Of a DNA stretch of 29,777 nt, positions 17,713-26,873 are shown one piece after another. This DNA is from a virus (Duplodnaviria; Caudoviricetes), in IMG/VR virus record IMGVR_UViG_3300030433_000970, positions 1-29,777 of that record; one strand, written 5' to 3'. The notes beneath the pieces were generated by a model, which saw only the letters and a program-made list of their open reading frames with translations, made no database searches and was not told where the DNA came from. A program made the position numbers and the translations under genes. Each line of letters begins with the position of its first letter. The first letter of the stretch is position 1.

Positions 17713-19970
17713 TATGGACTCGGATTAGGGTCATAGACTCTTACCCCATATAGGTCTAAGTCATCGTTAAGAGTAAAAAAATCTGATACTTCAAAATTTG
17801 TTAAATCTGTAAAAACATACTTTGTCCATATGCTTTGTAATAAATCATATATAAATATATTATTTGAATTGTTTCCAAATCTGCATATAAGCCTATCTCG
17901 TTTAATATCGTATACCACCTTGCTACTATCTTTATTGGTAATAGATTGATATACATCCTCAATTGGTTTAGTAATAGGAACAAATGTGAAATCTGGCCTT
18001 ATTTGAAACATATTATCATTAGCGCAAAAGAAAAGATTATCTTTAGCGTTTACAATACTTTCAGGCGCTATACACCCAACACTAGTATTTACCTCTAATA
18101 ATGTGAACAATGCTGGGTCCCCAGATGACACATCTAATCTGAATACACCTCTAGTCATAAATACTACTAGATTATTAAGAATTCTATTTAAACCATTTAT
18201 AGAACCACCTTGTTGGTCCAGAATCCTAATATAATTAGTACTAGGTATAATATCTGGCTGTCCTGGTTCGCTATACATAACAAAATCAGGATGATTCTCA
18301 GGATTTCCATTGGGGTCTAGTCTTACATTACCCACAAAGTGAGTATCACCAATCATTTGACTAAATTTATATCTAGTATCTACTTTCGTATCATCATCTG
18401 TAAATGGTGGCTGAAAACTATTTGTTAAACCAATATCATAAAAATGTAATACCGAGTGTGTGCTATCTCTTGATAATACATAATCTTTATATAAGTCTAC
18501 AGAATCATTATCAGAGTAAGCATCTATATTATCAAGCCTTACTGCTTTACCTACAGATTCTAAAACAACTCTTTGGCCATCACTTGCATTTACAGCAATG
18601 TATCCATTAGCACCATTAATACCAAATCTGTCCGAATCAGGTATGTCATATATTAAGGCCTTGTCATGATAAACTGTATTTGATATATCAGCTGTTTTAT
18701 TAGGCGTAGCTTGTATTACCCCAAGATTTGTAACTACGACTCTAACAATTTTACTTGTTCTGTTAAAAAAATAATTAGGGTCTGGTGCTTGAGTATTTAC
18801 AGCAACTATACCTTTTTGTAAAAGTGATGTAAATGTTGAATCATTTCTTGGTGCATCGTTAGAGTCAGCTACCCAATCTGTTCCATTGGAACTAGTTAAG
18901 TTTACAGTAAATATTCTAGGGCTGTTGTTTAAAGAGTTTATTGCATCATCTGTGCCATCATCATTTTCGCCTAGAATACAATATAATAATTGTACAGCAG
19001 ATTTAACACTGCTAGATGTATAATTTATTACATCAAGTACACCACCTGATGCTGTTAAAGAAGCATACTCATCTATAAAAGTATTACTAAATACATGACC
19101 ATTACCTTCATATACTGTTTTGTTTTTAAATACAACATTATCAGTATCGCTAGACGTATTTATTGGGACCTCACCAACTTGATAATAATTATCATCATTG
19201 CCAGTTTCTCTATAAATCTTTACACTGGTGATACGCGGATTAAAAGCATACGTTTTATTAGGCGCTGTACCAGTTCCTGATTGATTGGGAATTCTAATGC
19301 TAATTTTATTACATTTATTAGAATTGCTTGTTGTAACTGTTCTAAAAATTGATGGCAAAGGTAATTCTTGGCCACCATCAAAAATAGGACTAAGCTTATA
19401 ATTATATGTATCGTTATCTAAGGTAAGTCCAGTATTTGTACCTAGATTAACAGCTGTAAGTGACTGAAAATCAAGTTCAGATGTTGTTGGGTAACTTGGT
19501 GTAGCGTTTTGTGTGACATACTCATTAATTGTATCATTACCTTCAAAAAAATCACGACTAATATGTTGCAATATCTTAGCTGGATTATCAAGGTTATCTG
19601 TAGAAATTCTAAAATCTTGACCATGGTCATTCAAATCTACCCTGGTACTAGCTGTTACTGCGCTTCCTAAATCTTGTGCAGAACTAAAATTACTATTTAA
19701 TTTTTTTATTTTATTGTTATGGTCATCAAACCCAACCCATATAGCTGGTATTTCAGCGTTGCTAGTATCTAAGTTAGATGGTGACCAGTATTGTAATTGT
19801 GTTAAGCGTACACTAGAAACATCTGTCGCGCTACCTCTACCATCATGCTTTGTAAGTGTACCTGGCGTATCTAATGAAAAATTTTGATTTTGCCTTGAGA
19901 ATTCTAAACCAATATCAGTAGGGTCTGCGGCTGTAGCTACACCTTTAAATTCTTTAACATCAATTATCAT
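17712..19970 (-). CDS. Tail nozzle / DNA stabilisation protein (P22 gp10- / T7 gp12-like)
   Basis: N-terminal FKG...NFSLDTPGTLTK; beta-propeller-type motifs VMYSEPGQPD, LVVF, VGCIAPESIV, LFF, YDLLQSIW; follows the adaptors. Confidence 0.7.
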   Translation of the reverse strand: MIIDVKEFKGVATAADPTDIGLEFSRQNQNFSLDTPGTLTKHDGRGSATDVSSVRLTQLQYWSPSNLDTSNAEIPAIWVGFDDHNNKIKKLNSNFSSAQDLGSAVTASTRVDLNDHGQDFRISTDNLDNPAKILQHISRDFFEGNDTINEYVTQNATPSYPTTSELDFQSLTAVNLGTNTGLTLDNDTYNYKLSPIFDGGQELPLPSIFRTVTTSNSNKCNKISIRIPNQSGTGTAPNKTYAFNPRITSVKIYRETGNDDNYYQVGEVPINTSSDTDNVVFKNKTVYEGNGHVFSNTFIDEYASLTASGGVLDVINYTSSSVKSAVQLLYCILGENDDGTDDAINSLNNSPRIFTVNLTSSNGTDWVADSNDAPRNDSTFTSLLQKGIVAVNTQAPDPNYFFNRTSKIVRVVVTNLGVIQATPNKTADISNTVYHDKALIYDIPDSDRFGINGANGYIAVNASDGQRVVLESVGKAVRLDNIDAYSDNDSVDLYKDYVLSRDSTHSVLHFYDIGLTNSFQPPFTDDDTKVDTRYKFSQMIGDTHFVGNVRLDPNGNPENHPDFVMYSEPGQPDIIPSTNYIRILDQQGGSINGLNRILNNLVVFMTRGVFRLDVSSGDPALFTLLEVNTSVGCIAPESIVNAKDNLFFCANDNMFQIRPDFTFVPITKPIEDVYQSITNKDSSKVVYDIKRDRLICRFGNNSNNIFIYDLLQSIWTKYVFTDLTNFEVSDFFTLNDDLDLYGVRVYDPNPSP

Positions 19971-20929
19971 TACATATATCCGACACTGGTCCTATCTGCT
20001 ACAAAAGACATTTTACTATGGTCCTTATTTGCAACAGTGGCCCTAGCTTTTTCTCTATTTGCTACATATAGCGCATAGTGATTTTGATATTCTTTCATAT
20101 TACCCATGTCTTGATGTATCATAGCCTTAGCATAATCCACTAAAAAATAATGATATGCTTCAGGGATTTCAGGTTTTGTGTCAGTAAAATCAAACTGAAC
20201 GCCTTTAGTTCTACCAGCACCACCAATCCCTAATACATTCCAGGTTTCTACTATACTATTCCAGTTTGTACCATATGATGCAGAATATTGGTCACCTTCT
20301 CCACCAGTAACGAAAAAATCTTCATTGTCATTTGTAAATCCATTTGTTATGTTGGATATTACCATAGTACCCTCTAGGGCTTTTTCATATTCTATACGCT
20401 CAATGGTAGCTGTAGTGGTAGTTGAATTACTTGCACCAACTCTAGATTTAATAACATCTCCAGGCCTAAAGTATTCTGAAACAACATTATCAAATCTGAC
20501 TTTCTTCATACCTGACACTGAACGTAAACTTGTAGGCACACCAACATATGTCAATGTAAGTACACCAGTTTTTTGAGGCCTGGGTAACATAGCAAATTTG
20601 TTATCTTCTATATAATACTCAAATGGCCTACCAAGTTTGACAAGGTTAGTATCCAAATCCCTGGTGTAGTCATAAGAGTTCGACATAGCACGATGTAATA
20701 TGTGGGACCTAAATACTGGATTATCACACAACTCAATAAAGTCAGGCGGTAGTTCAACGTAATTTTTTTCCTTATAAAAATATATGTTTAATTTTTTTAT
20801 GTTGCATTTTGTAAATAATGCAAAATCTTCCTGGGCCTCATCTAAATATAAACCAGCCCTTTTATCTAACTGACCTATACGACCCTCAAATGGTACTAAT
20901 GTCCTAGCTATTAACTTATCCCATGTCAT
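19970..20929 (-). CDS. Head-tail adaptor-like protein 2, with internal insertion
   Basis: LPPDF, GRPFEYY, PRP, LTYVGVP and PEIPEAYHYFLVDYA motifs typical of adaptor/ring proteins. Confidence 0.65.
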   Translation of the reverse strand: MTWDKLIARTLVPFEGRIGQLDKRAGLYLDEAQEDFALFTKCNIKKLNIYFYKEKNYVELPPDFIELCDNPVFRSHILHRAMSNSYDYTRDLDTNLVKLGRPFEYYIEDNKFAMLPRPQKTGVLTLTYVGVPTSLRSVSGMKKVRFDNVVSEYFRPGDVIKSRVGASNSTTTTATIERIEYEKALEGTMVISNITNGFTNDNEDFFVTGGEGDQYSASYGTNWNSIVETWNVLGIGGAGRTKGVQFDFTDTKPEIPEAYHYFLVDYAKAMIHQDMGNMKEYQNHYALYVANREKARATVANKDHSKMSFVADRTSVGYM

Positions 20930-21569
20930 GGCCTACTCCAGTCGGTTGTTCGATAGTATACCTATCATTTAACATTTTTATCTGTTCCATTGCAGAAGCT
21001 TTAGCTAATTGTGACCTATCTGCTTTATTGTCCATTCTCCACAGTTCTGCTTCTGCTAAATCAATCATTATGTCATGCAATGCAGAATTCAATATAGGTT
21101 CTTGACTAGAACTAATATCTGCTGGTGTTTTTAAATAATATAAAACTGCGCTTGTAAAACCACCTACTTGTGCATTTGGTCTAATAGTTACATTATTACC
21201 AAACACCCAATACACTGGATTTACAGAATCAGCACCTAGATATTCATTTTCAAGTTTCTTTACATCCGAAAAAGGTATTCTAATTGCATACTTTGTCCCA
21301 AGCTGTACTGCACGAATACTATTTCGTATTGGGACCTGACTAGATTTATTAGTTGCATTACTTCCATCTAACGTAATTAAACCACCAGTACCACTTATTG
21401 TAACAGAATCTTTGAATTCTAACTCAGTTAAATAAGCTTCATGTAAAAAATTAGCTACCATTCTCTGTGCGCTATTTAAAGCACTATCTTTGGTAGCTGT
21501 ATTAAAATTGTTTTCGCCAGTATCCTCTAATCGAAGACCTAGCTTTGTGTGCATTTGAGTTCTTGTCAT
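20916..21569 (-). CDS. Head-tail adaptor-like protein 1
   Basis: First ATG at 21569; LNSAQRMV, NPVYW, YYLKTP, EPILNSALHDIMIDLA motifs; follows the capsid genes. Confidence 0.65.
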   Translation of the reverse strand: MTRTQMHTKLGLRLEDTGENNFNTATKDSALNSAQRMVANFLHEAYLTELEFKDSVTISGTGGLITLDGSNATNKSSQVPIRNSIRAVQLGTKYAIRIPFSDVKKLENEYLGADSVNPVYWVFGNNVTIRPNAQVGGFTSAVLYYLKTPADISSSQEPILNSALHDIMIDLAEAELWRMDNKADRSQLAKASAMEQIKMLNDRYTIEQPTGVGHDMG

Positions 21570-21577
21570 GTACTTCA

Positions 21578-21614
21578 AGAGTTCCCTGGTCCATAAGAAC
21601 CAGGGATTAACTCT
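21578..21614 (-). terminator. Hairpin after the capsid genes (attenuator or weak terminator)
   Basis: TCCCTGGT (21583-21590) / ACCAGGGA (21599-21606), extendable by AGAGT/ACTCT; intergenic at the head/tail boundary; weak U-tract. Confidence 0.6.
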
Positions 21615-21631
21615 ATCTCTTTATTTAACTA

Positions 21632-21895
21632 TTAAGATTCGATTGAACCAATGATAGCCCATGTTACACTAGCATCAGCCGCGGAAGTCTTAATATAAGG
21701 CTTACCATTAGTTGAGTCTATGTACAATGAACCTTTAGGACTTGCTTTAAGGTCACCAGAAGCACCAGTTGCTGGTGCGCCACCGCCGACACAAAAATCA
21801 ACTCCACCCATTTCCATTACGAAAATTTCGCCAACCTTCTTCTTTGCAACGCCTACAGCTTTACCCTTTTGGTCTTGATTCTGACTAATTGCCAT
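21632..21895 (-). CDS. Putative capsid decoration / minor capsid protein
   Basis: AGGAGG RBS immediately after the major capsid gene; GAP and SPKGSLYIDSTNGKPYIK motif seen in small structural proteins. Confidence 0.55.
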   Translation of the reverse strand: MAISQNQDQKGKAVGVAKKKVGEIFVMEMGGVDFCVGGGAPATGASGDLKASPKGSLYIDSTNGKPYIKTSAADASVTWAIIGSIES

Positions 21896-21906
21896 TATTA
21901 ACCTCC

Positions 21907-22899
21907 TTAATAGGAAGAAGCTAAGTCATATACACGACCTAACATTCTTGGGTTACTGCAAGTCAAAGCGCCTAACCAGTAAATGTGTGCTATAGAAGCA
22001 TCCTGATTGACTGGCTTATTAAAGCCCTGAAATGCAAAGTTACGAGAAGCGTGATGTCTAAATTTTAAATATTTAGAATTTAGGAAAAACATTTCCCCAT
22101 CAGGACAATGGTCATCAACAACGATTGGTGTACCACGATATAATAGATTCTGGAAACCAGCATCAGCCAAAGACTGAGAACTAGCACCAAATCTCTTCTG
22201 TGCTTGTAAAGATTCTTCATAAGCATCAAAGATAACTTGAGTAGTTACGATTATATCAGGTGCATCATTGTCAATAGTACACTGACCATACATTTCTCTG
22301 ATTATTTTCTGAATGTATGCGGCATTAGATGAATCAACCATATTTGCATAGGTTACACTATTACCAGCATCTTTTACATTAGCATCCCACCAAGTATAAG
22401 TAGTAGAGTCAATTCCACCCAAGCTTCTATCTACATTAATGATATGCTTAAGACCTAAGAATCCACTGCTTTCAGCTGGTGCTGTAGCAGATGAACCATC
22501 ATTGTCTGAGTAAAGTTGAGAACCGAAAAGGTCCTTTAGTGATTTTTCTGCATTTTTAACCTTTGCAGAGATAAGGTCTACTACGCGTTCACCACCAGAG
22601 TTCAACGCTTCTTCCCTACCAGAGTAAGTAATAGAAGCATGACACTGAACCCAATCGAAAGAAGCATCAGTAAACAACTCTTGTGGAGAAGTATCTAATA
22701 CATCATAACCATTGTAGAAACCTTTGGCACCTGACTTAGCATATTCAATAGGCTGAAGTACTTTATTACCACTGGCTGTTGGTTCAGAGTTTTGCAACAT
22801 TTTAAAAGTCAAAATGTTTGACTTGAAAATGTTATCAACAAGAACTGGAATGAATTTATCACGCGTAACAGCGGTTAAACTATCAATTGAAAGTGACAT
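21907..22899 (-). CDS. Major capsid protein
   Basis: 330 aa after the scaffold; VDNIF, NSGGERVVDLISAKVKNAEKSL, GFLGL, GGID, GFQNLLYRGTPIVVDDHCP, LTCSNPR patterns of an HK97-fold capsid family. Confidence 0.85.
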   Translation of the reverse strand: MSLSIDSLTAVTRDKFIPVLVDNIFKSNILTFKMLQNSEPTASGNKVLQPIEYAKSGAKGFYNGYDVLDTSPQELFTDASFDWVQCHASITYSGREEALNSGGERVVDLISAKVKNAEKSLKDLFGSQLYSDNDGSSATAPAESSGFLGLKHIINVDRSLGGIDSTTYTWWDANVKDAGNSVTYANMVDSSNAAYIQKIIREMYGQCTIDNDAPDIIVTTQVIFDAYEESLQAQKRFGASSQSLADAGFQNLLYRGTPIVVDDHCPDGEMFFLNSKYLKFRHHASRNFAFQGFNKPVNQDASIAHIYWLGALTCSNPRMLGRVYDLASSY

Positions 22900-22920
22900 T
22901 ATTCATTTTCCCTTAATTTA

Positions 22921-23805
22921 TTATTCAAAAAAATTATAGTTCTTTAATGCATCGGCCCTAGCAGACTTGTAATCCTTTGGTTTGCTAACTGGCTCTTCAT
23001 GTAACCCTTTAACTGCACCTTCAGGTTCAGGTATGCTTTTCATGGCTTTTGCATTTCTAGCCCTATTTACTGCGGTCTTAAAAGCACTATCTTCAGCTGA
23101 TGAATGGTAGGTTAAAACAAATGCATCTTGTAAACCATCAAAACCAGTAAAGCCTTTTTCAATGGCAGTCGTAATGACCTCATCCATTAAATTTTGGTCT
23201 TCTAGTTCAGGATGCTTTTGTTTGAGTTCAGTAAGGTCCTGGAGAACTTGCTTATCGGCTTCTTGAATTGCTTGTTCTTCTTCTTTCTCTCGCTGTAACT
23301 CGTTTAATCTATCTTCCAACTCCTGGACCCTATCTGAGTCCTTCGTGTCCTGATTTTGTATCTCTTCCGCTTTGCTAGGATTAAAGATGGGATGGTCATC
23401 ATCTAATACACTTCGTAAGGCTTCTATTGCATCTTCATCATTACGCAAGTCTTGCCACACCTTGGTTTCAGCTTCAAAAGCTTTTCTCTCAGCGCTTAGT
23501 TCTTGTGCTTTTTCCGTATTTGATTTCTGCCAATCGTTCTTATTATTAAATGCTTCAAGTGCTTGGCTAATCGTTTCTATATCGTACTCATTGCCATCTA
23601 ATTCCAAACTCTCGATTTCCATGCCATCATCCTGGCCTTCTGTTACCACCTCTTCTACTTGAGTTGATTGGTCCACAACGACATCTTCAAGTGGGGCTGT
23701 TGGTTCCACCCCTTGCCCAATAGGTGACTCATCAGTTGTTAAACTAGCCAATTCATCATTTGTTATAGATACACCTGAATAACTAGTTTTATATTCTTCT
23801 GACAT
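22921..23805 (-). CDS. Capsid scaffolding protein
   Basis: AGGAG RBS; very acidic, helical; DWQKSNTEKAQELSAERK resembles the DYTrKtQelae scaffold motif; directly upstream of the capsid gene. Confidence 0.75.
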   Translation of the reverse strand: MSEEYKTSYSGVSITNDELASLTTDESPIGQGVEPTAPLEDVVVDQSTQVEEVVTEGQDDGMEIESLELDGNEYDIETISQALEAFNNKNDWQKSNTEKAQELSAERKAFEAETKVWQDLRNDEDAIEALRSVLDDDHPIFNPSKAEEIQNQDTKDSDRVQELEDRLNELQREKEEEQAIQEADKQVLQDLTELKQKHPELEDQNLMDEVITTAIEKGFTGFDGLQDAFVLTYHSSAEDSAFKTAVNRARNAKAMKSIPEPEGAVKGLHEEPVSKPKDYKSARADALKNYNFFE

Positions 23806-23860
23806 AGATTCTCCTATTTTATGTTAAAATCTTTGTTATTTTTACAGAAGCATCAAACCA

Positions 23861-23995
23861 TCAATATGATGATTTAGAAGATTTTTTATATTTAACCTTA
23901 GCTTTCTTTTTATACTTTTTTACTTTGACTTTTTTCTTAGATGTTTTTGATGTTTCCATCACACCTACGACTGTCTTACCTTTTTTATTTTTCAT
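23861..23995 (-). CDS. 44-aa Lys-rich protein (not in ORF track)
   Basis: MKNKKGKTVVGVMETSKTSKKKVKVKKYKKKAKVKYKKSSKSSY* (19 Lys); ATGA overlap with the upstream stop. Confidence 0.65.
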   Translation of the reverse strand: MKNKKGKTVVGVMETSKTSKKKVKVKKYKKKAKVKYKKSSKSSY

Positions 23996-24300
23996 CTTTT
24001 GTAATATTTACTTTTACGTTGTAGTGTAGGACCTACACTATATTTCATTTTACGCTTCTTCTTTTTATCTTGAGGTAAAGGATTACCTTTACTATCCATA
24101 GCATATGTATCTTTTTTTGCCTTTTTTTCAGGTGCTGGATTCTTTTTATCATCATATGGAATCATTGACCTTATTTTCTTTTCTTTAGCAAACTTTACTC
24201 GCTTTTTAAGTTTTCGCTTAGCTTTTATAACTGGGTTTGCATCATTTACTTTTCTTACAACTTTTTTTAATTTTTCTAAATAAGCTTTTTTCTTACTCAT
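23992..24300 (-). CDS. Lys-rich basic protein
   Basis: 102 aa; TAATG-coupled to the upstream ORF. Confidence 0.75.
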   Translation of the reverse strand: MSKKKAYLEKLKKVVRKVNDANPVIKAKRKLKKRVKFAKEKKIRSMIPYDDKKNPAPEKKAKKDTYAMDSKGNPLPQDKKKKRKMKYSVGPTLQRKSKYYKR

Positions 24301-24449
24301 TACTTCCCCACTTGCTTCATTGCAGTTTTATGTGCTTTATCAAATGACATACCACGATTAATCAATGCTTTCATAACTTTCATATGCTTAGAAGTATGGT
24401 GCTTCCTATGCTTTTTAAGCATCTCCATATATTTTTCTTTGTTATGCAT
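24300..24449 (-). CDS. 49-aa His/Lys/Met-rich protein (not in ORF track)
   Basis: MHNKEKYMEMLKKHRKHHTSKHMKVMKALINRGMSFDKAHKTAMKQVGK*; overlaps both neighbours; resembles a small family recurrent in aquatic phages. Confidence 0.75.
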   Translation of the reverse strand: MHNKEKYMEMLKKHRKHHTSKHMKVMKALINRGMSFDKAHKTAMKQVGK

Positions 24450-24627
24450 ATTTCTTTCTCTTCTTTTTTAATGCTTCCTTATATGCATTTTTCTTTGATT
24501 GTGATTCTTTTAAAGCTTTAGCAGTTGGCGCACCTTTTTCACCAGGCTTTCTCATTCTTTCGCCACTACCAGCTTTTATTCTTTTTCTTTTAGCATGTAT
24601 ATTTGCCCATAAACCTCTTTTAGCCAC
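24442..24627 (-). CDS. Small basic protein (GLWANIHAKRKR family)
   Basis: GTG start after GGAG; the sequence GLxANIHAKRKRIKAGSGExMRKPGxKGAP is recurrent in aquatic phages. Confidence 0.8.
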   Translation of the reverse strand: MAKRGLWANIHAKRKRIKAGSGERMRKPGEKGAPTAKALKESQSKKNAYKEALKKKRKKYA

Positions 24628-24889
24628 ACTTACATCTCCATTTTCTTAATGCTTTATTTATTCTACTGTTAGGGTCCCTAGCTGTCTTAGCTGATGTTAA
24701 CCTCTTTTTCATTCCGCACATTCTTGCACAAAAACTTTTACGTCTTGATTTAGCTTTACCTTTGGGATTTTTCTTTGTTACTGGTGCTTTTAGGTTACCC
24801 CCAGTGGCACGATTATAACTGGCACGACCTTTAGCATTAAGGCCACCACTTTTAGACTGCCCTTCTTTTCTAGTCCATGCTTGGCTCAT
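24620..24889 (-). CDS. DUF6321-like basic protein
   Basis: ATG at 24889 after AGGAG; AWTRKEG, GGLNAKGRASY, RRKSFCARM, DPNSRINKALRKW motifs. Confidence 0.8.
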   Translation of the reverse strand: MSQAWTRKEGQSKSGGLNAKGRASYNRATGGNLKAPVTKKNPKGKAKSRRKSFCARMCGMKKRLTSAKTARDPNSRINKALRKWRCKCG

Positions 24890-26651
24890 TACCAACTCCT
24901 TGAATATTTTGTGCTAATGCTGGATTTGATTGTAGCTGTTGAAATATCTCATCTTCTGACATACCTTCAAACATAGATGGGTCCATCTGTTGCTGTGTTT
25001 CTTGTTGCTTTGCAATTAGCCTTTCAACGCCAGGTAGCCTCATGTTTTCTAAAATATATTGTGGGTCTTGAATCAATCCAGCTTGTGCTAGTGATAATAT
25101 CTTTTCTTCTACATAAGCCCTATTATCGGGTAACATACTTCCTACCCTAGCGCGTACCATTGTATCAATTTCACTAAACTCCATACCCATGTAGTTTATT
25201 TGCATATCTTGACCTTCTGCATCTGTTGTAGCTAAAGTATGTATGGATGTACCCATATTTTTAATCATAGCTATCCACATCTGACCGAGTATTTGCATAG
25301 CGGCATCTAACTGCCTTGCTTTAAAATCAATCTTACTTGTGGCCGCGCTTCTGTATACTTGCGCTTGAACACCACTAGTTACGTTAGGTTCTTGCTTACC
25401 CATTGTAGCTTTATTCACACCCGAAACAGTCTCAAACATATCTACCAGTAGTTGGTAGAAGTTAAAAACGTATCCTGGTATAGAAGCTGGTTGTAACATC
25501 TGTACTTGACCAGGACCTCGCTTACGAATCACAGAACCAGGTTTATTATTTATTTGGTCTTGAACATCTGCTGTTTCATCTACAACAAACATAGGATTAG
25601 CGATTAGATGTACATTATCCATAACCTGGGATGCAATTCGGTCCAGTGCAAGATTTATACTCTTTAGTCTTTTCGGTTCGGGTTTACCCCAGAACGAATG
25701 TGCGCTACCACCATTCTTCATAACAACGTAAGGAAATGGATAAGGACATCTATTCATTTTATCCAGGAACTGATACTTACTAGGCCCATCGTATAGTATG
25801 ATGTCGTTTGCCATGCACACCTTTCGTAGCCCACCTGGATATTTTGGTTTGCCAACCTTCTGTTTATCAGACTCTTCCTGAGTATATTCGACACTTCCAT
25901 CTCTCATATACACTTCAACCAGTAAGGCCCGTTCTTCCAAGTTTTGCATAGCCTCAGTTTCACCTTCAAAGTAATTAGTCTCTGTCCCATGTGAATCAGT
26001 TACCTGGATAAGTGATTTATCACCTTGTTTAACTTCGGTAATCTTTAATGCCTCATATTCATTTAACTTACCCATAGGCTTAACTAAATGTCCTTTTTCA
26101 GGAAATAATTCTTTTATTTCATATATTGGCCTAGGTGCCATATGAATAACCCATTGTGCATTTTCTAGCTTTGTAGCACTAGGATTTACATAAAAACTGA
26201 ATGGGTCCACAATGTCACAATCAGGTAAATCATCATGCATATTCCAGTTTATTTTTACAATACCAGTACCATAGACAAGATAGTCAGTAAGCCACTCAGG
26301 AACTAATGTTGCCATATCGCGCATATACCACAAATCATCTATTTGCGCTTGTAAAGTTTTGGCAACAAACTTTGATTCATCAGAAGCACCCACTGGTATT
26401 ACATCTATCTTCGGAGGCTGAGATGACATAATAGGTATTTGGGTATCAATAACATTTGCTATCATGTCTAAGGTTAACTGGTTTCTAAATTCAGGCATGG
26501 ACATACCTTCCCAATGTTCGCCCATATATAACTTTTCAGATTCACGCCACAATTGACCAGTTTTTCTTCTGGCCCTTTTTGCGCTATCCATCATAGCATT
26601 TATTTTCTTTACTAATTCTTTTTCTTCGTGGGTAGGTTTGTATTCTTGCAT
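24870..26651 (-). CDS. Portal protein (P22-like)
   Basis: 593 aa after TerL; YMGEHW, GTGIVKINW, VDPFSFYVNP, FPYV, SFWG, PGSVIR, SGVNKATMG, TSG motifs; Gln-rich C-terminus. Confidence 0.85.
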   Translation of the reverse strand: MQEYKPTHEEKELVKKINAMMDSAKRARRKTGQLWRESEKLYMGEHWEGMSMPEFRNQLTLDMIANVIDTQIPIMSSQPPKIDVIPVGASDESKFVAKTLQAQIDDLWYMRDMATLVPEWLTDYLVYGTGIVKINWNMHDDLPDCDIVDPFSFYVNPSATKLENAQWVIHMAPRPIYEIKELFPEKGHLVKPMGKLNEYEALKITEVKQGDKSLIQVTDSHGTETNYFEGETEAMQNLEERALLVEVYMRDGSVEYTQEESDKQKVGKPKYPGGLRKVCMANDIILYDGPSKYQFLDKMNRCPYPFPYVVMKNGGSAHSFWGKPEPKRLKSINLALDRIASQVMDNVHLIANPMFVVDETADVQDQINNKPGSVIRKRGPGQVQMLQPASIPGYVFNFYQLLVDMFETVSGVNKATMGKQEPNVTSGVQAQVYRSAATSKIDFKARQLDAAMQILGQMWIAMIKNMGTSIHTLATTDAEGQDMQINYMGMEFSEIDTMVRARVGSMLPDNRAYVEEKILSLAQAGLIQDPQYILENMRLPGVERLIAKQQETQQQMDPSMFEGMSEDEIFQQLQSNPALAQNIQGVGNEPSMD

Positions 26652-26873
26652 TTAATCTCCAATAATTGGATATTCACTTAAACCACTTGCAGTGGTAATA
26701 ATATCCATATATGCTTCACGAACATCAGGAGCCATCTCATTAAGTTCGTCATCTTCTGTAATTTCAACTCTAAACCATTCATGTGTTTCAAAATCATATT
26801 TCTCAACTACCCTCGTAACCCTGGCGTGTCTGTTTTGTTTGCCTCGAACTTTTGCATTAGTTTTTGAATCCAT
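26652..26873 (-). CDS. Hypothetical protein between TerL and portal
   Basis: Stop abuts the portal ATG and the ORF contains the portal RBS; start is uncertain because it overlaps the TerL 3' end. Confidence 0.55.
   Translation of the reverse strand: MDSKTNAKVRGKQNRHARVTRVVEKYDFETHEWFRVEITEDDELNEMAPDVREAYMDIITTASGLSEYPIIGD

Noticed and set aside
1121-19630. Short nested minus-strand alternative-frame ORFs (1121-1339, 14150-14353, 17801-17983, 19442-19630)
   Set aside because: They lie wholly inside better-supported genes and have no independent evidence.
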